From NCBI GenBank assembly GCA_951804945.1, contig OX638150.1, positions 69,626,001 to 69,690,000 of the forward strand: a stretch of 64,000 nucleotides of DNA. Direction: 5' to 3'. The notes under the pieces were generated by a model. The model was not told the DNA's origin, did no database searches, and saw nothing but the letters and a program-made list of their open reading frames with translations. Shown one piece after another: positions 20,881 through 34,700 of this stretch. This DNA comes from Podarcis cretensis. Lineage: Eukaryota. Each line of letters starts with the position of its first letter. The first letter of the stretch is position 1. Made by a program: the position numbers and the translations under genes.

Positions 20881-23715
20881 CACATTACAGTAGTCTGATC
20901 TGGAGGTTTGTAGCACATGGCTTAACTTGGCTAAGTTTTCTCTATCTGGGATGGACTGTACCAGCTTTAGATGGTGGAAGGCATTCCATCCCATGAAAGG
21001 CACATGAGCTTCCAGTGACACAGCTGGATTTGTCAAACACTGATCAAACACTCATGTGTCAAACACTGTCTAGAATGCATCTTCTCTGAGACAATGACCC
21101 ATAATGCTCTCTCTGCCAGTTTATTAGGCCACATCCAGTCCCATTACTGATGCTTGATGCTGATTTAGCACTTCCACTGCCTCACTTAAATCAGATGTAA
21201 AGGAGAAATAGGTATCTGCTACGTACTCCGTGGTACCTGATTCCAAATTTCCAGATGACCTCATTCAGCATTGTCATGTAGATGTTGTAAAACATGGGAG
21301 ACGAGATAGAACCCTGTGGGATGCTACAGAGCCAAACAGCAACCACCTAGCATCACGTTCTAGAATTTGGCTTGCAGGTAGGACTGTGTGTCCAGTCCAA
21401 ACAACCTATGCAGAAAAATAGCATGCCTGATGGTTTCACAAGCTATTGTCAAAGAGTATGTGGTCACACTTGCCCTGGACTTTTCCCAGTAAAACAACAG
21501 GGTAACTAAAGCAGTTTGTGGGCTCATTTCTGATTGGGTGTACCCTTAACTTGTAGAGAAAAGGAAGAACCTATCAGTCCTTGAGCCTGTGAAGTAGTTA
21601 TGAGGAGTGTCTTTGAGCCTATGCAGAGTACTTTGCCCTCCATACATCCAAGGTCAAAGGAGCGGTGTCAAGGTAGGTTTCAGCCCTAGCAACTTTCATT
21701 TTGGAAATAAAATATTGATCACATACTGGATTTCAGGACACTTAAGGTCTATGGAACCCACAAGGTATCTCACCTTGGACTGCAGAGCCAAGCGCAACCC
21801 TTTCACATGAAAATTCATTTGTAGCTTTTTCTTTTCCTTGAAATCCTTCTAAACAAAGGATTATGTGTTATTTTAAAGTTTACTTGTATTGTCAACATTA
21901 TTTATGGCAACTCTGTACTTGTCTACTCAGAAGAAAGTTCCATTGAGTTACCAGGACAAGTGGGAATAGAACTGCAGCCTTAGTCCCAATAAAGTTATGA
22001 TCCCCCTGGCTCTGCATTTTCAGATCTGAAAACATTTATTTGTTTATATTTGTTTGTTTTTTCTGGCAGTGAGAGAGTTCTCACTGAAAAGAATATGTGT
22101 GTGAGCAGAGGTACTTATGAGATGTTTGGGGACAGAGGTGCATAGAATTTGTGCTGGACCATAACGTTATTTAGGTGGGCGGGGGGGGGGAGAGGGAATG
22201 ATAGATCGGGATATGAGATTTGTGTTTGTATTTCAAGGAGGAAATGTGAGGCTATAGTGCAGGATTGGCTGCATCTTGGGAAGTAGCAGGTCTGACAACC
22301 TAGAAAGTGTTTGGATAGTCAGAGGAGAGTGTTTGGTATTTGAGGGCTGATGTTTGGATGGGATATGGAGCTTGTGTAGCGGCAGTGAGTATTTTGTTTG
22401 CGAGGTGGGGTTAGCTGTTTGCATCTGGGGAGAGCGGAGAGTAGATGGAGGGTCTCAGTGCACAATTCCCTGTTGTGCTGAGCTGTGGGACACGGCAGGG
22501 GGGTGCACGGGAAGGGGGTTGTGGTCAGAGGGATGTGGTGACGCTGGTATGTGCTGAAACCAGGGAGGCAGCAAGCTTGCCGCGCTGCCATGAAGGGCTT
22601 TTTGTTTGACTGCAGTTATGTACTATAAATCAGGAGCAATGCCCCAGCCCTGGCCCCTCTTGCAGGGGAGGAGAGAGGAAGAGACCACATCCAAGCCCTG
22701 AGCCTGCAGCATCTAGAGCTAGGCCCTTTGCTTTGCTAGACCCTCGCTGGGTGGCCTGGAGGCAGAGGTTCTCGGCAACGCAGTGTGCTGTCGACAGATG
22801 GGATGCCTAAGCTGAGGGAGAACCCATTGCAGAGCTGAGGAAATGGCATTAGGAGGGACTCTGTTGGCACTATACCAAAAGGGAGTATGCTGGTGGGGTT
22901 GCCAAAAACTAGCAGACAAAGCTGAAGATGATAATCTGCTAATGTCTGCAGATCAAGCAGCCGTTAATGTCACAAGATCAGGGACCAGTCAAAAAAATTG
23001 GCAACCTTATATGCCAGGGGTTGGCAAGTCAAGTGGCAGTTCAGGAACTGCAGGGAAGGGGATCTGCACACTCTTTCCCATGGCATTCATACAGTAGCTC
23101 ACAGCAGTATCAGTCACATTATGAGCTTGTTCCACCCACCCACATTATTAGGCACAGCAAGTCTTCGTTCACACATACTAAAGCCAATGGTGTCTCACAC
23201 CCTTTTGAAGAGTCTTGCCCCACCTGGAAAGTTTGCTTTACTTCTTTATGGATCCATTACAACTAACAATATATAGAAGACTGGTTTCCATCCCCAAAAG
23301 ATTTCTTGCAGTTAAGGTTGCCAACTGATCAGATGCATAATTTGCCTAGACAGCTCCTGTACTCTAGCAGCAGTTTGATCTGCAGAAATGTGAAGAGCTA
23401 AGCATGACCTCCTGCTATTGTTTGCAGGGCAAGCTGCTGTTGCAGGGCAAGGAGCAGAGGCCAATAAAAAAGCTGGCAACCCTACATTCAGCAAAGTCAT
23501 GATGTTCTTTTTAAGTCTGCTTTTTACAGCGACTATATCCTCCATGATGGGCTATGCAGCTCAGGAAGGGGAATAACAAGCCCTAACAGTCACATGGACA
23601 AACAGTTTGGGGAATATGGACTTCCGCTCCTACTTTATGCCACCCCCCACCAGCATGGGTGTTTATTAAATTGGAGGCAATTTTTTTCATTTAAAGGAGT
23701 CTAAAATCACCCACA

Positions 23716-24085
23716 GGGACGCAGGTGGCGCTGTGGGTTAAAGCCTCAGCGCCTAGGGCTTGCCGATCGAAAGGTCGGCGGTTCGAATCCCTGTGGCGGG
23801 GTGCGCTCCCGCTGCTTGGTCCCAGCGCCTGCCAACCTAGCAGTTCGAAAGCACCTCCAGGTGCAAGTAGATAAATAGGGACCGCTTACCAGCGGGAAGG
23901 TAAACGGCGTTTCCGTGTGCGGCTCTGGCTCTGGCTCTGGCCAGAGCAGCGATGTCACGCTGGCCACGTGACCCGGAAGTGTCTCCGGACAGCGCTGGCC
24001 CCTGGCCTCTTGAGTGAGATGGGCGCACAACCCCAGAGTCTGTCAAGACTGGCCCGTACGGGCAGGGGTACCTTTACCTTTACCT
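23716..24085 (+). mobile_element. Sauria SINE, full length, with 13-bp TSD
   Basis: tRNA-like head (A box GGTGGCGCTGTGG, B box GGTTCGAATCC), characteristic body, (ACCTTT)n tail; TSD TAAAATCACCCAC at 23702-23714 and 24086-24098. Confidence 0.92.
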
Positions 24086-27000
24086 TAAAATCACCCACTG
24101 CTTCTGACTATGGCCCATTAGCTGGCTGTAAAGCCAGGGTGAGAGGCCAGCAGCAATGCTTAGAGCAGGCTCTCCATCACAGAGTGAAAAATTAGTAAGG
24201 ATGGTAGCAGCTGGGCTGGGAGCCCACATGTCCCACTGGGGTGAGGCCCTAAGGGTAGTGAGCAGTAGCCAGAGCTGGCTGGTCCAAGGAAAGACTCCAG
24301 AGCCACAAGCAGCCTTCGTCTCCCATTCCCAAAGAGCAGACCCTTTGCTCCTCCCCAGCCAGAGTGGCAGTACCCATCCAGGGGCAGGCATAGGCCATGC
24401 AGGAACAGGCAAGAGAAAACTCAGCCACTCTGTGGGCAGCAGCAATCCAGGAAAAAGAAGAGATGGGGGAAAGCACCCCCCCACTCCCCTCCTCGCGCGC
24501 CCCCCTTTCTCTCCCACCCCTGAGCTCAGCCACAGGCGCCTGGCTTCAGCTCCAAACAAATGATTAGAAAGCTGGTTATAATTGGATAGGGGGAAGGAGG
24601 AGGGGCTCGCCTGCTGAGAGCCACTTGGATCCAGGATGGGAGAGAGACAAGAGCTGCTGGCAGCTTCCCGAAAGAGAAGGAAGACTCTCTGATCCTCCTC
24701 TAGGCAGAGACGGAGCCAGCCACAGGGTGACTGAGCCGGCAATTGCAATGGAAAAGATGCTGGCTTGTGTTTTGGCTTTCCCCACCAAATAGCTGTGCTC
24801 CCTTAATTTCCTCTCCTGAGTTGGCGGTTGCACTGGGAGCCTTCGTGTAAAGGCCCCAATTATCTGTTTGAACACAACGGCTTGGCTGCGGGTGCCCCTC
24901 TGCGAACTGTGCAGTTTGCAAATCACAGGATGCAATGCTGTCTCCAGGGGCACAGATAACATTCATACCCAGCAGCTGCTGTAATCCAGAAGTGCATGGC
25001 TACATCCGCAGGCAGGCTAAACCACCCCCTGGTGCCAGGGAGTGTTCTTTCTGTAATGAATAGGGGGTCATTGCTTACCTAAAAGAAAGGCTTGTCACCT
25101 TCAGCTCATGCCAGTTGGGCTGTAATCACACCTGGTGCAAAGCAGCTTTGCCCACGAATTCAATAAGCTGAAATGCCTAGCCAAATTGCCATTGCTCGGA
25201 TAGCTGGCAAAGTGCTAGATTTGCCGCTGGTTTAAATTTCCTTCCGCTGGTGTCAACCAGGATGGCATTTTGTAGGAGTCAGGTGGAAGTCTCCAGCATA
25301 TTCAAGGTACGAGTAGCACTGCTCTTGGAACCAGAGAGCCAAATTTGCCACCTAGTACTCTGAAGTCATTTTCACAAGTGGCATGCACCACTTGATCCAG
25401 TGAACATTTACTCCAAAGCAGGCCTTACTTGCTCCCACTTAAGTGTTCCCAAAGGATTGTAGTCTTCAAGCATCTTTTCCTGCTTCTGTAATTTGAATGC
25501 ACCAGCTCTTCTGACTATGATGTACATATGTGCATGTAAAAATCAACTTTCCATCACACAATGACAGCATTGGTAAAATGTGACTTTCGACTAAAAGGTG
25601 ACTTTAGGATCAATTGTGAAAAGTTGGGAACTATCCCTGTAAGTCATTTGATCCAGAGCCACACATTCATTCAAGAGACCAGGACACAGGCTGCATCTAT
25701 TTTATTTTAATTCTGAAAACTGATGCCTCAGGATGGTGTAGTTGAAAGCCTCCATGTGATGTCTTTAATGATGTCAAGCCCAATTACAGTGGTCATCTCG
25801 CTTGGCTCTGTTTCTTAAGTAAAATGCCAATGTCAGTGCGAGTCCAGCATTTTCTCGAGACCTGAGAAAAGACATCCCACAACCGCCATTTAGGTAGCTT
25901 TTTTTGCAGTTAAACCTGCCTTATTTAGCGAGGTCTCCCCTCGCTAAATCTACATTCCTGCTGTTTAAACCTATTATTTTCTTTCCTGGCCTGATAAACA
26001 GTGTCCCCTCCTTCCCCATGACATCCTTTTAAATGCAGAGCCTCAGTCCAGCTGTGATCATCAAACCAACCCTTCCAGAGCAGGCCTACTGTTTTCTAAA
26101 AGCCTGCTCCAGAGCTAAGAGACTGAGAGCTGCCAGTGCACCCATTAGATTCAATGAACGGAGTTGTGCTTAGATGTGCAGGTCTTGATTAATGTTTAAC
26201 AAAGCTCCTTGGATTATCTCTTGCCGAGGGGTGTAGCCTAGTGTAGTTTCAGTTCCAAAGGCATTGTGGTTTGACCTGGTCAGGACTGACTTTGTCTCCC
26301 TCTCCCCCCACCCCCACCCCCCAGGCTCTTATTCTGTGGCGTTTCATTCTCTGTTCACATGGCTTGATGTATGGGCTGCCTTTTGCCATAAGATTTTTGT
26401 GGAAAGGAGGGACCTCTCTCAGGGATCCCTGGTGGACAAAGGTGCATTGGGAAGCTCTTGAGCACATGGAGGCTGCTGCTGTTGTGTTGCAAAGGGATCT
26501 GGGTTCCTCTGAATGGATGCTGGCTGGCAGGGATAAGGGCAGAGTACAGGCCAGGCTCTTTCTAAACCCTTTCCCCTTATGCCTCAGCTTGAGAGCACAA
26601 ACCCCAGAAGACGATGCTGAGCCAGACCCTCCCTGAGCAGCCTGTCCTCCTCTTAGCCCTACTCGCCTCTGAAGATCGCCAACAACTTAGGGCTTTGAAG
26701 TGCCTCCCACTATCCCCCCCCTCCACCCCCATCCCATCCACTTGTCACAGCAGCTGCCTGCCCTTTGCTCTGCTGAGGTCAGAGTGCTGGCTTAGGGCGA
26801 TGATGGCCACATCTGCTGCTCTCTGCGTGGCCCGAAAGAAAGTGAAGCAATGATTTTATTTTTCATTTTAAAAAGGAGCGGGGGAGAAGCAACCGAGAAT
26901 GGTATTTGTTGTCCTGCAGCTGGACTGCACCCAGGTCTCTTTGCAGCCCAGCAGCATCTGTGGGACAGAAAAGAGTTCCAGCCCCAGAAAATGTACATGG

Positions 27001-27954
27001 CAGGAACAATCCCAACCTTTTGGGGAACTGTGGTTGAAAACCTTTCACATTCAGAACTGGGAATTAATGACTAGGGTGCTGATGCTTTTGGCTTTGAGCT
27101 TCTGCTCCTTTGATTTGTGCTCAGCTTGTCTAACCAGGAAAGACAGAAACATTAAATTACTCTAGACGTGTGCTAATATCACAAGAGTTTGCAACGCCAG
27201 TATTGCACCATGATGACATCATGGTGCATGAAAATAACATCGTATTTCAATCTGCTGCTTGGCAACAGGAACAAAGTGCTCGTTAAACACTTATGTTCAA
27301 CAAGGATCAGCAGATGGGAAACTTTGGACGAACAGAGGGGAACCTGCTTCTTACCACTTTCTGACTGTTTCCCAACCTTTGCCAACAGGAAAACAGTAGC
27401 AGAGTCTCTCTGGGACTGAGTGCTACTGTCCCATCAAGCGAGTGCTGGAAAAAAGTCAGAGCAGAAGCCTCGCTCTGTTAAGCTGAATTTTTAAAAGAAA
27501 AGAAAACATGTTTATTGTAGTAAGTGCTGAACTAAAGAGCAACACCTCCCTCACATTAAATCAGGAAGATTTAATAATACTGTAACTGATACCCACATTT
27601 GGAACAGTGGAGGAAAGGAGTGTTAAGAGAAACCACATCTTTATCCTCAGAAAAAAAGGAAAAATCTGGGTTTTAAAACACACCCATGATGTGGGGATCT
27701 GGCTCACTAACTCTTTCTTCTTAGTGCATACTGTCCTGCTTTATACTTTTGGGGGAGCCATGATGGACCAATTTGCTGCATTGCAAAGAATGGGCTGATG
27801 AAGGGACTCACACCAGACTATAATGCAAAGGGGAGAGCAAGAGGGGCAAATTATATACAGTATTAATTGAAAAGCAGCTTCAGAAACTTGCCATTTTGAG
27901 AGCGGGGATGAAAGGGAAGGCTGCTTAACAGCTGCACGTAATCTTGCTCCCATA

Positions 27955-28240
27955 AGAAGTAGTGGTGGCCACCAACTTGACTTAAAAAGAGGAGTAGACA
28001 AATTCATGGAGAATAAAAGCTATCAATGGCAACTGGCCACGATGTCTTTGTTCCACCTCCACTGTTGGTGGCAGGTTGCCTCTGAATACCAGCTGCTGGG
28101 ATCACAAGTGGGGCGAGTGCCGTGGCGCTCAAGTCCTGCTTGCAGACTTCTCATGGGCATCTGGTTGGCTGCTGTGAGAACAGGATGCTGGGTGAAGCAG
28201 GCATTTGACTTGATCCAGCAGGGCTTTTTTTCTTACATTC
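27955..28240 (+). mobile_element. CR1-like LINE 3' end fragment (related copies at ~29580-29840 and ~42230-42452)
   Basis: GGCCACCAACTTGA...AGACAAATTCATGGAG...TGATCCAGCAGGGCT...TTCT; shared blocks recur in several copies in the window. Confidence 0.6.
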
Positions 28241-28261
28241 TGAAGGGTGTTCATTGTCTGG

Positions 28262-28460
28262 GGAATGGCTGCATCTCAGTGGCAGATTAAACCTGGGACC
28301 TTCTGCATGCACAGCATGTCCCAGGTTTAATCCCTGACATCTCCAGGTAGGGCTGGGAATGCGCCGGGTCTGAAACCCTAGAGAGCCACTGCCAGTCAGT
28401 GTGGACATTGCTGAGCTAGTTGGACCACTGACTTTGTGAGAGGCGGCTTTCTATATTCCT
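28262..28460 (+). mobile_element. tRNA-derived squamate SINE (Squam3-like); other degenerate copies at ~16370-16520(-), ~28825-28960, ~35577-35750, ~45885-46030(-)
   Basis: CTCAGTGGCAGA...GTCCCAGGTTTAATCCCTGACATCTCCAGGTAGGGCTGGG...CTGAAACCCTAGAGAGCCACTGCCAGTCAGTGT is repeated among the copies. Confidence 0.6.
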
Positions 28461-30060
28461 AAAACTGTTTCCAGTAACTCATGGAGGGAGGGGTGGGGGA
28501 AAGAGATCCAGAGACAGCATTCGGAGCAGAATCAGGTTAAGCGGAGGTTGAACGGCCACCTGACACAGATGCTTTAGTTGGGATTCCTGCATTGCAGGGG
28601 TTAGACTATACGACCCCCAGAGTCCCTTCCAGCTCTTTAGTTCTATGATTCTATAAGTAGCTTTCCCCTGTACTCCTCCATCTCTTGAGGCTGCTTTAAA
28701 AAAAATATCCCACATACATCTAACATGTATGTGGCTCATCCCAGATACCTAGGAAGGCTTCTGTTCCCATTTGGGAGTGGCCTGCTAGCTTCCTAAACTG
28801 GCTCAACTTTGCTGGGAATGACTGATTCAGTGGCGGAGCTGATGCCTTGTGTGCAAAAGGCCCCCCGATCCAACCTTGGTAAAGTTGTGAAGGATTCCTG
28901 CCTGAAACCTCAGAGAGATAAGACAGTACAGAGTTGGTGGACCAATGGTCTGACTCACTATAAGCCTTTTATCTTATCTATCTTCCCCGCCCCACATAGA
29001 TATTTGGGAGGTCCATTGATTTATTTATTTTTTGCTGTAGAAGGAAAGCCAGCTGAACCCCGGGATTATCCACTAGGCCCTGCATTCCCTCACACACTCT
29101 GTCCCCTTGTGTTCATCCCAATGGGGTGTAGATAAATACAGATCAGGGAGAGAGATGTTAAAGGAGTGTGCTTTCCCTACCCATCCCCCCCACTGTCCCC
29201 CTCCCTGGTTGTTTACACTGAGCTGTCCGAATCAAACAAATTCCATGCCTGTTAAACACTCAGGAGGGAGGCCTCCTGCAAGCTTTGCGTGGCCTTTGTG
29301 AATGCCTGGAAGGGCCCAGTTTCCCAGGACTTCACCGAACAGGTTTTAGAAAATAGGTCCTGTGAAGGACCTACTGGATTGTTAAGATGAATTTGGACCA
29401 TGAAAAATGCTTGCCAAGGTCAAGCTTTGAAAAGTGGACAGGACTTGACAGTGAAGAACTTAGAGGTGGGTCCCTATGTCTGTGTGGTGCTCACTTCTCC
29501 AACTCTTCTTGTAGTATCCCAACAAAAGTGATGGCCTCTTCTTGGGTGCATTAAGCTATAGGATTTGCCGCCACAAGACATAGTGACGACCACCAACGTG
29601 GATGGCTTTAAAAGAGAATTAGACAAATCCATGGAGCATAAGTTTGTCAATGGCTACTAGCCAGGATAGCTATGTTCTATCTCCACTGTCAAAGACTGCA
29701 TGTCTCTGAATCCCAGTTGCTGGAAAGAGCAAGTAGGGAGAAGGCTCTTGTGCTCATGTCCCACTTGCAGGTTTCCCTTAGGCAGCCCTGTCTTACGATG
29801 TCTCACCAGCAAGCAGTTGGTCTGATATTCAGTTCTTCTTCTGTTGTTAGAGAATACGAGCCAACCCCCAGTCATGTAATTCTTGTTTATTTTATTTATT
29901 GAAAAGCGTGTATATACCTCTCCATTTTCTACAAATATCTAAGTGGTCCATGTTTGCTCCTGCAGCCATCCCACATAACATCCTCGTAATGTTGCAGTTG
30001 AAACTTGAAATGGAGCATGGAAACACATCCACTCTCCACAGCCTTCTCTGCCATCTCAAA

Positions 30061-30199
30061 TCATAGAACCATAGAGTTGGAAGGGACCACAAGGACCATC
30101 TTGTCCAACCCCTGCAGTACATGAATCTTTTTGCCCAACGTGGGGTTGGAACTCACAACCCTGAGGTTGAGAGTTTCTTGCTCTAACAACTGAACTATC
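30061..30199 (-). mobile_element. SINE with tRNA-Lys-derived head and CR1-type tail (related at ~41795-41905; tRNA-Ile-like version at ~39690-39842)
   Basis: Reverse complement of 30132-30199 is a degenerate tRNA-Lys(CTT) sequence, followed by the CR1 tail GGTCCCTTCCAACTCTATGGTTCTATGA. Confidence 0.65.
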
Positions 30200-30244
30200 G
30201 TAGAATAGGGGAAATGCCATATGGACATTTGTACCAGTTAACTA

Positions 30245-30505
30245 CAGTGGTACCTCAGTGGTACATACGCATACAGTGGTACCTCAGTGGTACATACGCT
30301 TCGGGTTACATATGCTTCAGGTTACAGACTCCGCTAACCCAGAAATAGTACCTTGGGTTAAGAACTTTGCTTCAGGATGAGAACAGAAATCGTGTGGCAG
30401 CAGCGTGAGGCCCCATTAGCTTAAGTGGTACCTCAGGTTAAGAACAGTTTCTGGTTAAGAACAGACCTCCGGAACGAATTAAGTTCTTAACCCAAGGTAC
30501 CACTG
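30245..30505. mobile_element. Tc1/mariner-pogo-type MITE, TA target duplication, duplicated left end
   Basis: TA|CAGTGGTACCT ... AGGTACCACTG|TA; a 28-bp left-end unit is present twice (30243-30270, 30272-30299). Confidence 0.8.
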
Positions 30506-30599
30506 TAGTTTGAAAGTATGCCCACTTTGTATATCAAGGATGAAACAGAAGCCAGTTCAGAGACTTAAAGCGGTGGGGGGTGGGGCTCCTGCAACTTTC

Positions 30600-31720
30600 A
30601 TATATATATTTGCTTATTAAGCTCGATGGCAGACCACTTCCTATCCAAGTATCCTGAAATGGTTTACAAAATAAAATTCCAGCATTAACATGTTAAAAGC
30701 ATATCAAATCAAACAAGTATTGAAATATACATAAAATCAACAGCAAACAATAAACAGCATCAGGGAGATGCACAATGAATCGCCTTCTATGCTTGTCTGA
30801 TCCAAGTAGACCTACTGAAATTAATGACATTAAATTTCTCATGTATGATAACTTCAGCACGTCTACTCTGAGTAGGACCGGCGTTGGATACAAGCCAATA
30901 TCTAAAATGGGCCAATAACCTAGTCTGGGAAAGCCTGAGTAAACAAGTGTGTTCTCTGTGGGTGCCTGCTGTAAAGTGGGGGTGAGGAGAGTGTTCCAGA
31001 GAGTGGGCACCACCACAGGAAGGCCTGTTTCTGTGTCGTCGCCAAGCAACATATTGTAAAATGCAGTACCGCTAACAGGGCCTCCTCTGAATATTGGCTC
31101 AGGAGCTGACAGGCAGCCACCACAGTGTAACATGCAAGTACAGCCAGGTACAACACACAGGACCGTTGCTGCTGCATTCTGCACTAGCTGCAGTTTCAGA
31201 ACCAGTCTTAAGGGCAATTCCATGTACAGCATGTGATAGTAACCCACATGGGAAGTTCCCAGTGCACAAACCACAGCAGCTAGGCTATTCCTGTCCAGGT
31301 AAGAGCAGAGTTTTGACACCAACTGAAGCTGGTAATAGGCCCTTGCAGCTACCGAGATTACTTGCTCCTCTAGTGACAGTGATAGTTTCAGAAGCACCCC
31401 CAGACACCCGCTTTCAGAGGGAGCGTAACCGCATCCTGAACAGTCTTCCCAAATTCCAGATCTATGAACCACCCAGCCACAAGCATTTAGCCTTACCAGG
31501 ATTCAGCTTCCCTTCACCACATCCATCTCACCGCTATACCCAGAAAACAGCTCATGTCATGCACAACCTCTACTGACTCTGAGAAATAGAGCTGAGTGTC
31601 ATAGGTGACATTACACCCCAGATCTCCTAATGACTGATCCCAACAGCTTCTTATATATGTTAAATAGCATTGGAGTCAAAATAGTGGCCTGAGGCACCCC
31701 ACAACATAACTGACAGAGCT
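30600..31720 (-). mobile_element. Old L2-like LINE fragment (degenerate RT C-terminus)
   Basis: Minus ORF 30693..31472 retains LGVLL...ARAYYQL...ELPLRLVLKLQLVQNAAA, matching the younger L2 at 51.7-53 kb. Confidence 0.75.
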
Positions 31721-34700
31721 AGTCTGGGAACACAGCCCCGCAAGTATGAATGGAGCCGCTGTGAAACCTACAACATACAGAAATGGAGAGGAGGAGAAAC
31801 TTGCATGCTATCTTGAGCTCCTTGGAGGAAAAGTGGGATATAAATGCAATTACAACTAGTGTGGTGATGATTCAAGGTGAACATTACACAGAGAGAGACT
31901 AACTCAAGTTGAAATATCCAGACGTGCAAAAAAGATGTGCCCATTTCCCCTTTGTACAAACATCACAGGCACTAGCCAGGACTAAAACTTCTTGAACCCT
32001 AGCTTGATCCCATTAGATCCTTGCTATAATTCCTTGTGCTCTCCACTCTGAGGCTGTTTTTATTATTATTATTATTGCGTCTGGCCCCACGGATATAATC
32101 CTCCTATAAGATTGTTCCGTTCTGCTCAGCACTGGTTAGACCACAGCTGCAGTACTCTGTTCAGATTTTGAACGTTTTGATTACTTGAGACTTCACCACA
32201 AAGAATGAGTATAATGATAAAGAATTTACCAAGGAAGGAAAGAATGAAGGAGCTGGATGTCTCTAGGGTGCATTCACGCAGCACTTTTCTCCTGTGGCAA
32301 CCATCCTCTGCTAGGAGGCTGAAAGACCCAGATGCGTAGCTAGGGGTTGGGGGGGGTACACTAGGGGGTGGCACTTACCATGGGTCATGCAGTGCACCCA
32401 AGCCACACATCTCTCCTGGGAGTGACGTGGTGGCTTCGGTGCCTGCAGGCTCCGCACTGCCCAAGATAGTTTGAGGCTTGCATCAGCCCACCGTCTCCAC
32501 CTCAGCCATCCTACAGCTAAGGGGGAAGCGGTGGACAGACTCCTTGGAGGCTACATGGCGTGCATCACGACCAAGCGGCTAGCTATGCTGCTAGAAAGGC
32601 CCCTCTTTGATTCCCAAGAAGTCCATGAGCCAATGACTTCAGATATTCAAAATGCATAGGATTCTCAGGGAGAAAAACAAGGCTACTGCTTCCCTTTAAT
32701 TTGGCAACCCACACCATGCATGCCGTCATAAGATGAGTGTGGACATCAGGTCACTAAAGGAGACAGAGATTGTGCAAAGGCATCTTCTGTGAAATCTGAA
32801 AGCCTCACCTGACTCCGACAATTTTAGCTAAATCATGTCCCCGTCCCCACCCAGCCTTCTCAAAACAGTGGCTAAGGGAACAGTAAAAAAAAAATGGCAG
32901 GGCTTTGGCCCACTCTCAGTTTAAACAGCCACACCTCCAGGAAAGGATCCTTTCTGAGATGCCCTTCCCTCAGTCCCCATGACTTAAGAAATTGGATCTT
33001 TGATCAGGACGCCAACCAACCAAGATAGAGCATCCATTATGGCTGCCCAGTATTCTATTTGGTACCCCCAGATCAAGATCAACCACTTAAGGCAACATTA
33101 CCCTGAGACACAGACTTTCCCACAGGTGCGTAGGGTGTTTGTTGAACTAAGGTTCCAACAGATGCCCTCAGCATATTTAGAGGGGAGATACCTGGGAATT
33201 CCCCATACGGGTGCATTTATGGATGCAGAAAGGTTGAGGATGTCCTACATTACCTGCTCCTTTGCCCCTTATATTCAATGCCCAGAGGGGAAAAAATTAT
33301 CACTTGTTCTTGACTGCCTCTCAGGCCGATTCCCCCCAGGAGGTGACAGTCAAGCACCTAGCTGATATAGCTGATAAAGATCTACAGATTACACACCTGG
33401 AAGCCAAATTTGCTCTGTCAGCTAAGAAGCTCCTTTCTGAATATGTTAATGCTCTCTAATTTTAAAATTTCATACTGTAAACTTTTTAAGCTGTAATTTT
33501 TTTATAGAGTATGTCATGCAATTTCAGAGGAAAACCTTGTCTTGCCCTCTGCAGTACATTGTAAAGGCCTTTGGCTATGCACAATAAATTGACTGATTGA
33601 TTGAGATGCCCTTACATATCCAAACTGGAGGAACTAACTCCCCTATGAGGACACGTGGGACTTTTTAGTTTACAGGGGACAGTGGTAAAGGTGTATAAGA
33701 CTATGCATGGTGTGCAGAAAGTGGCTGGAATCAGGTGTAACATGTGCATGTCCAGATCCTCCACCTGGGAGCTGTTCCTTTGCAGCAATTCCATGTTCCT
33801 CTTATTCTGTCCAGCTGGTCTTTCATATCCTGACTGTACTTCCTGGACTGACACAAATTCAACACAGACTGTTGTGTTGCTACCTGGTACAGATGGAAAC
33901 TGGTCAGCTGTAGAAATTCAGACTCTATGGAGGCAGAAATACTTAGGCATCTTACGGGGCTCTTGGTTCAGGGCAGACACTCCTGTGCCACTGCCCCACC
34001 ACCACCACCACCACCAAGGGGATGGAGCTAGAAAAGTCTGAGTGAAGTTTGCTTGCAGGCTGCAGTGCTGCTGATGTCAAAGACCTGAACTTGAGCAGCT
34101 CATAAGGTATAGTGGAAAAGAGGAGATTGAGAGGAGACGGATGGTGTTGAGATCTCCAGTCTTGAGCGTCTGAAAAGGGACCGGTAGAAAGCAATCACTT
34201 TGATGGTGTCTTCCAAGACTGTGCTAGCTTGAACAAAACCAGAGAGGTTCCCCCCCCCCCCGAGGAAATATGCGTAGGATCGGCTTATGTGAATCCCAGC
34301 AACCCCCAAACAGAAATTTCTTGCCACCTTGCATGTGTGCTAGAATAAGTAGCAAGCTCTTCTCCCTGCTTTACACGACAGCAGCTGAGATGCTGCAGGA
34401 TGGAAGGGAAACCTGGTCTGGGTGGCGGGACTAGAGGCACGAGCCTGATGGTACTAGGTGGTGTCCAGGGGGTTGCTGCGTCCAATTAGCCCAAGCAGAG
34501 AGCTCCGAGCTTTAACTGCAATGACAGGAAATCAGCCTCAATGTGTTTACTGTGGGGGGATTAAAGCTGTTTAACCCCAGGCTCCCACATTTGCCTAGTT
34601 TTTTATGGCAGTCTTTAAAGACCCTCTAATGAGGGTCACAGCCACTTTATGGTGTTGCTGGCAGTGATAACACCCAGCTACTTACAACAGCAATTTGCAA

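Noticed and set aside
30132-30199. tRNA-Lys-like sequence (also ~41850-41905, and tRNA-Ile-like at ~39770-39842)
   Set aside because: Degenerate stems and anticodon, fused to CR1-type tails: SINE heads, not tRNA genes.
32471-32659. Peptide KGEAVDRL, reminiscent of the ZNF346 N-terminus (mammalian FGFR4 neighbour)
   Set aside because: No zinc-finger continuation or splice sites; it lies in repeat-like sequence, so the match is coincidental.
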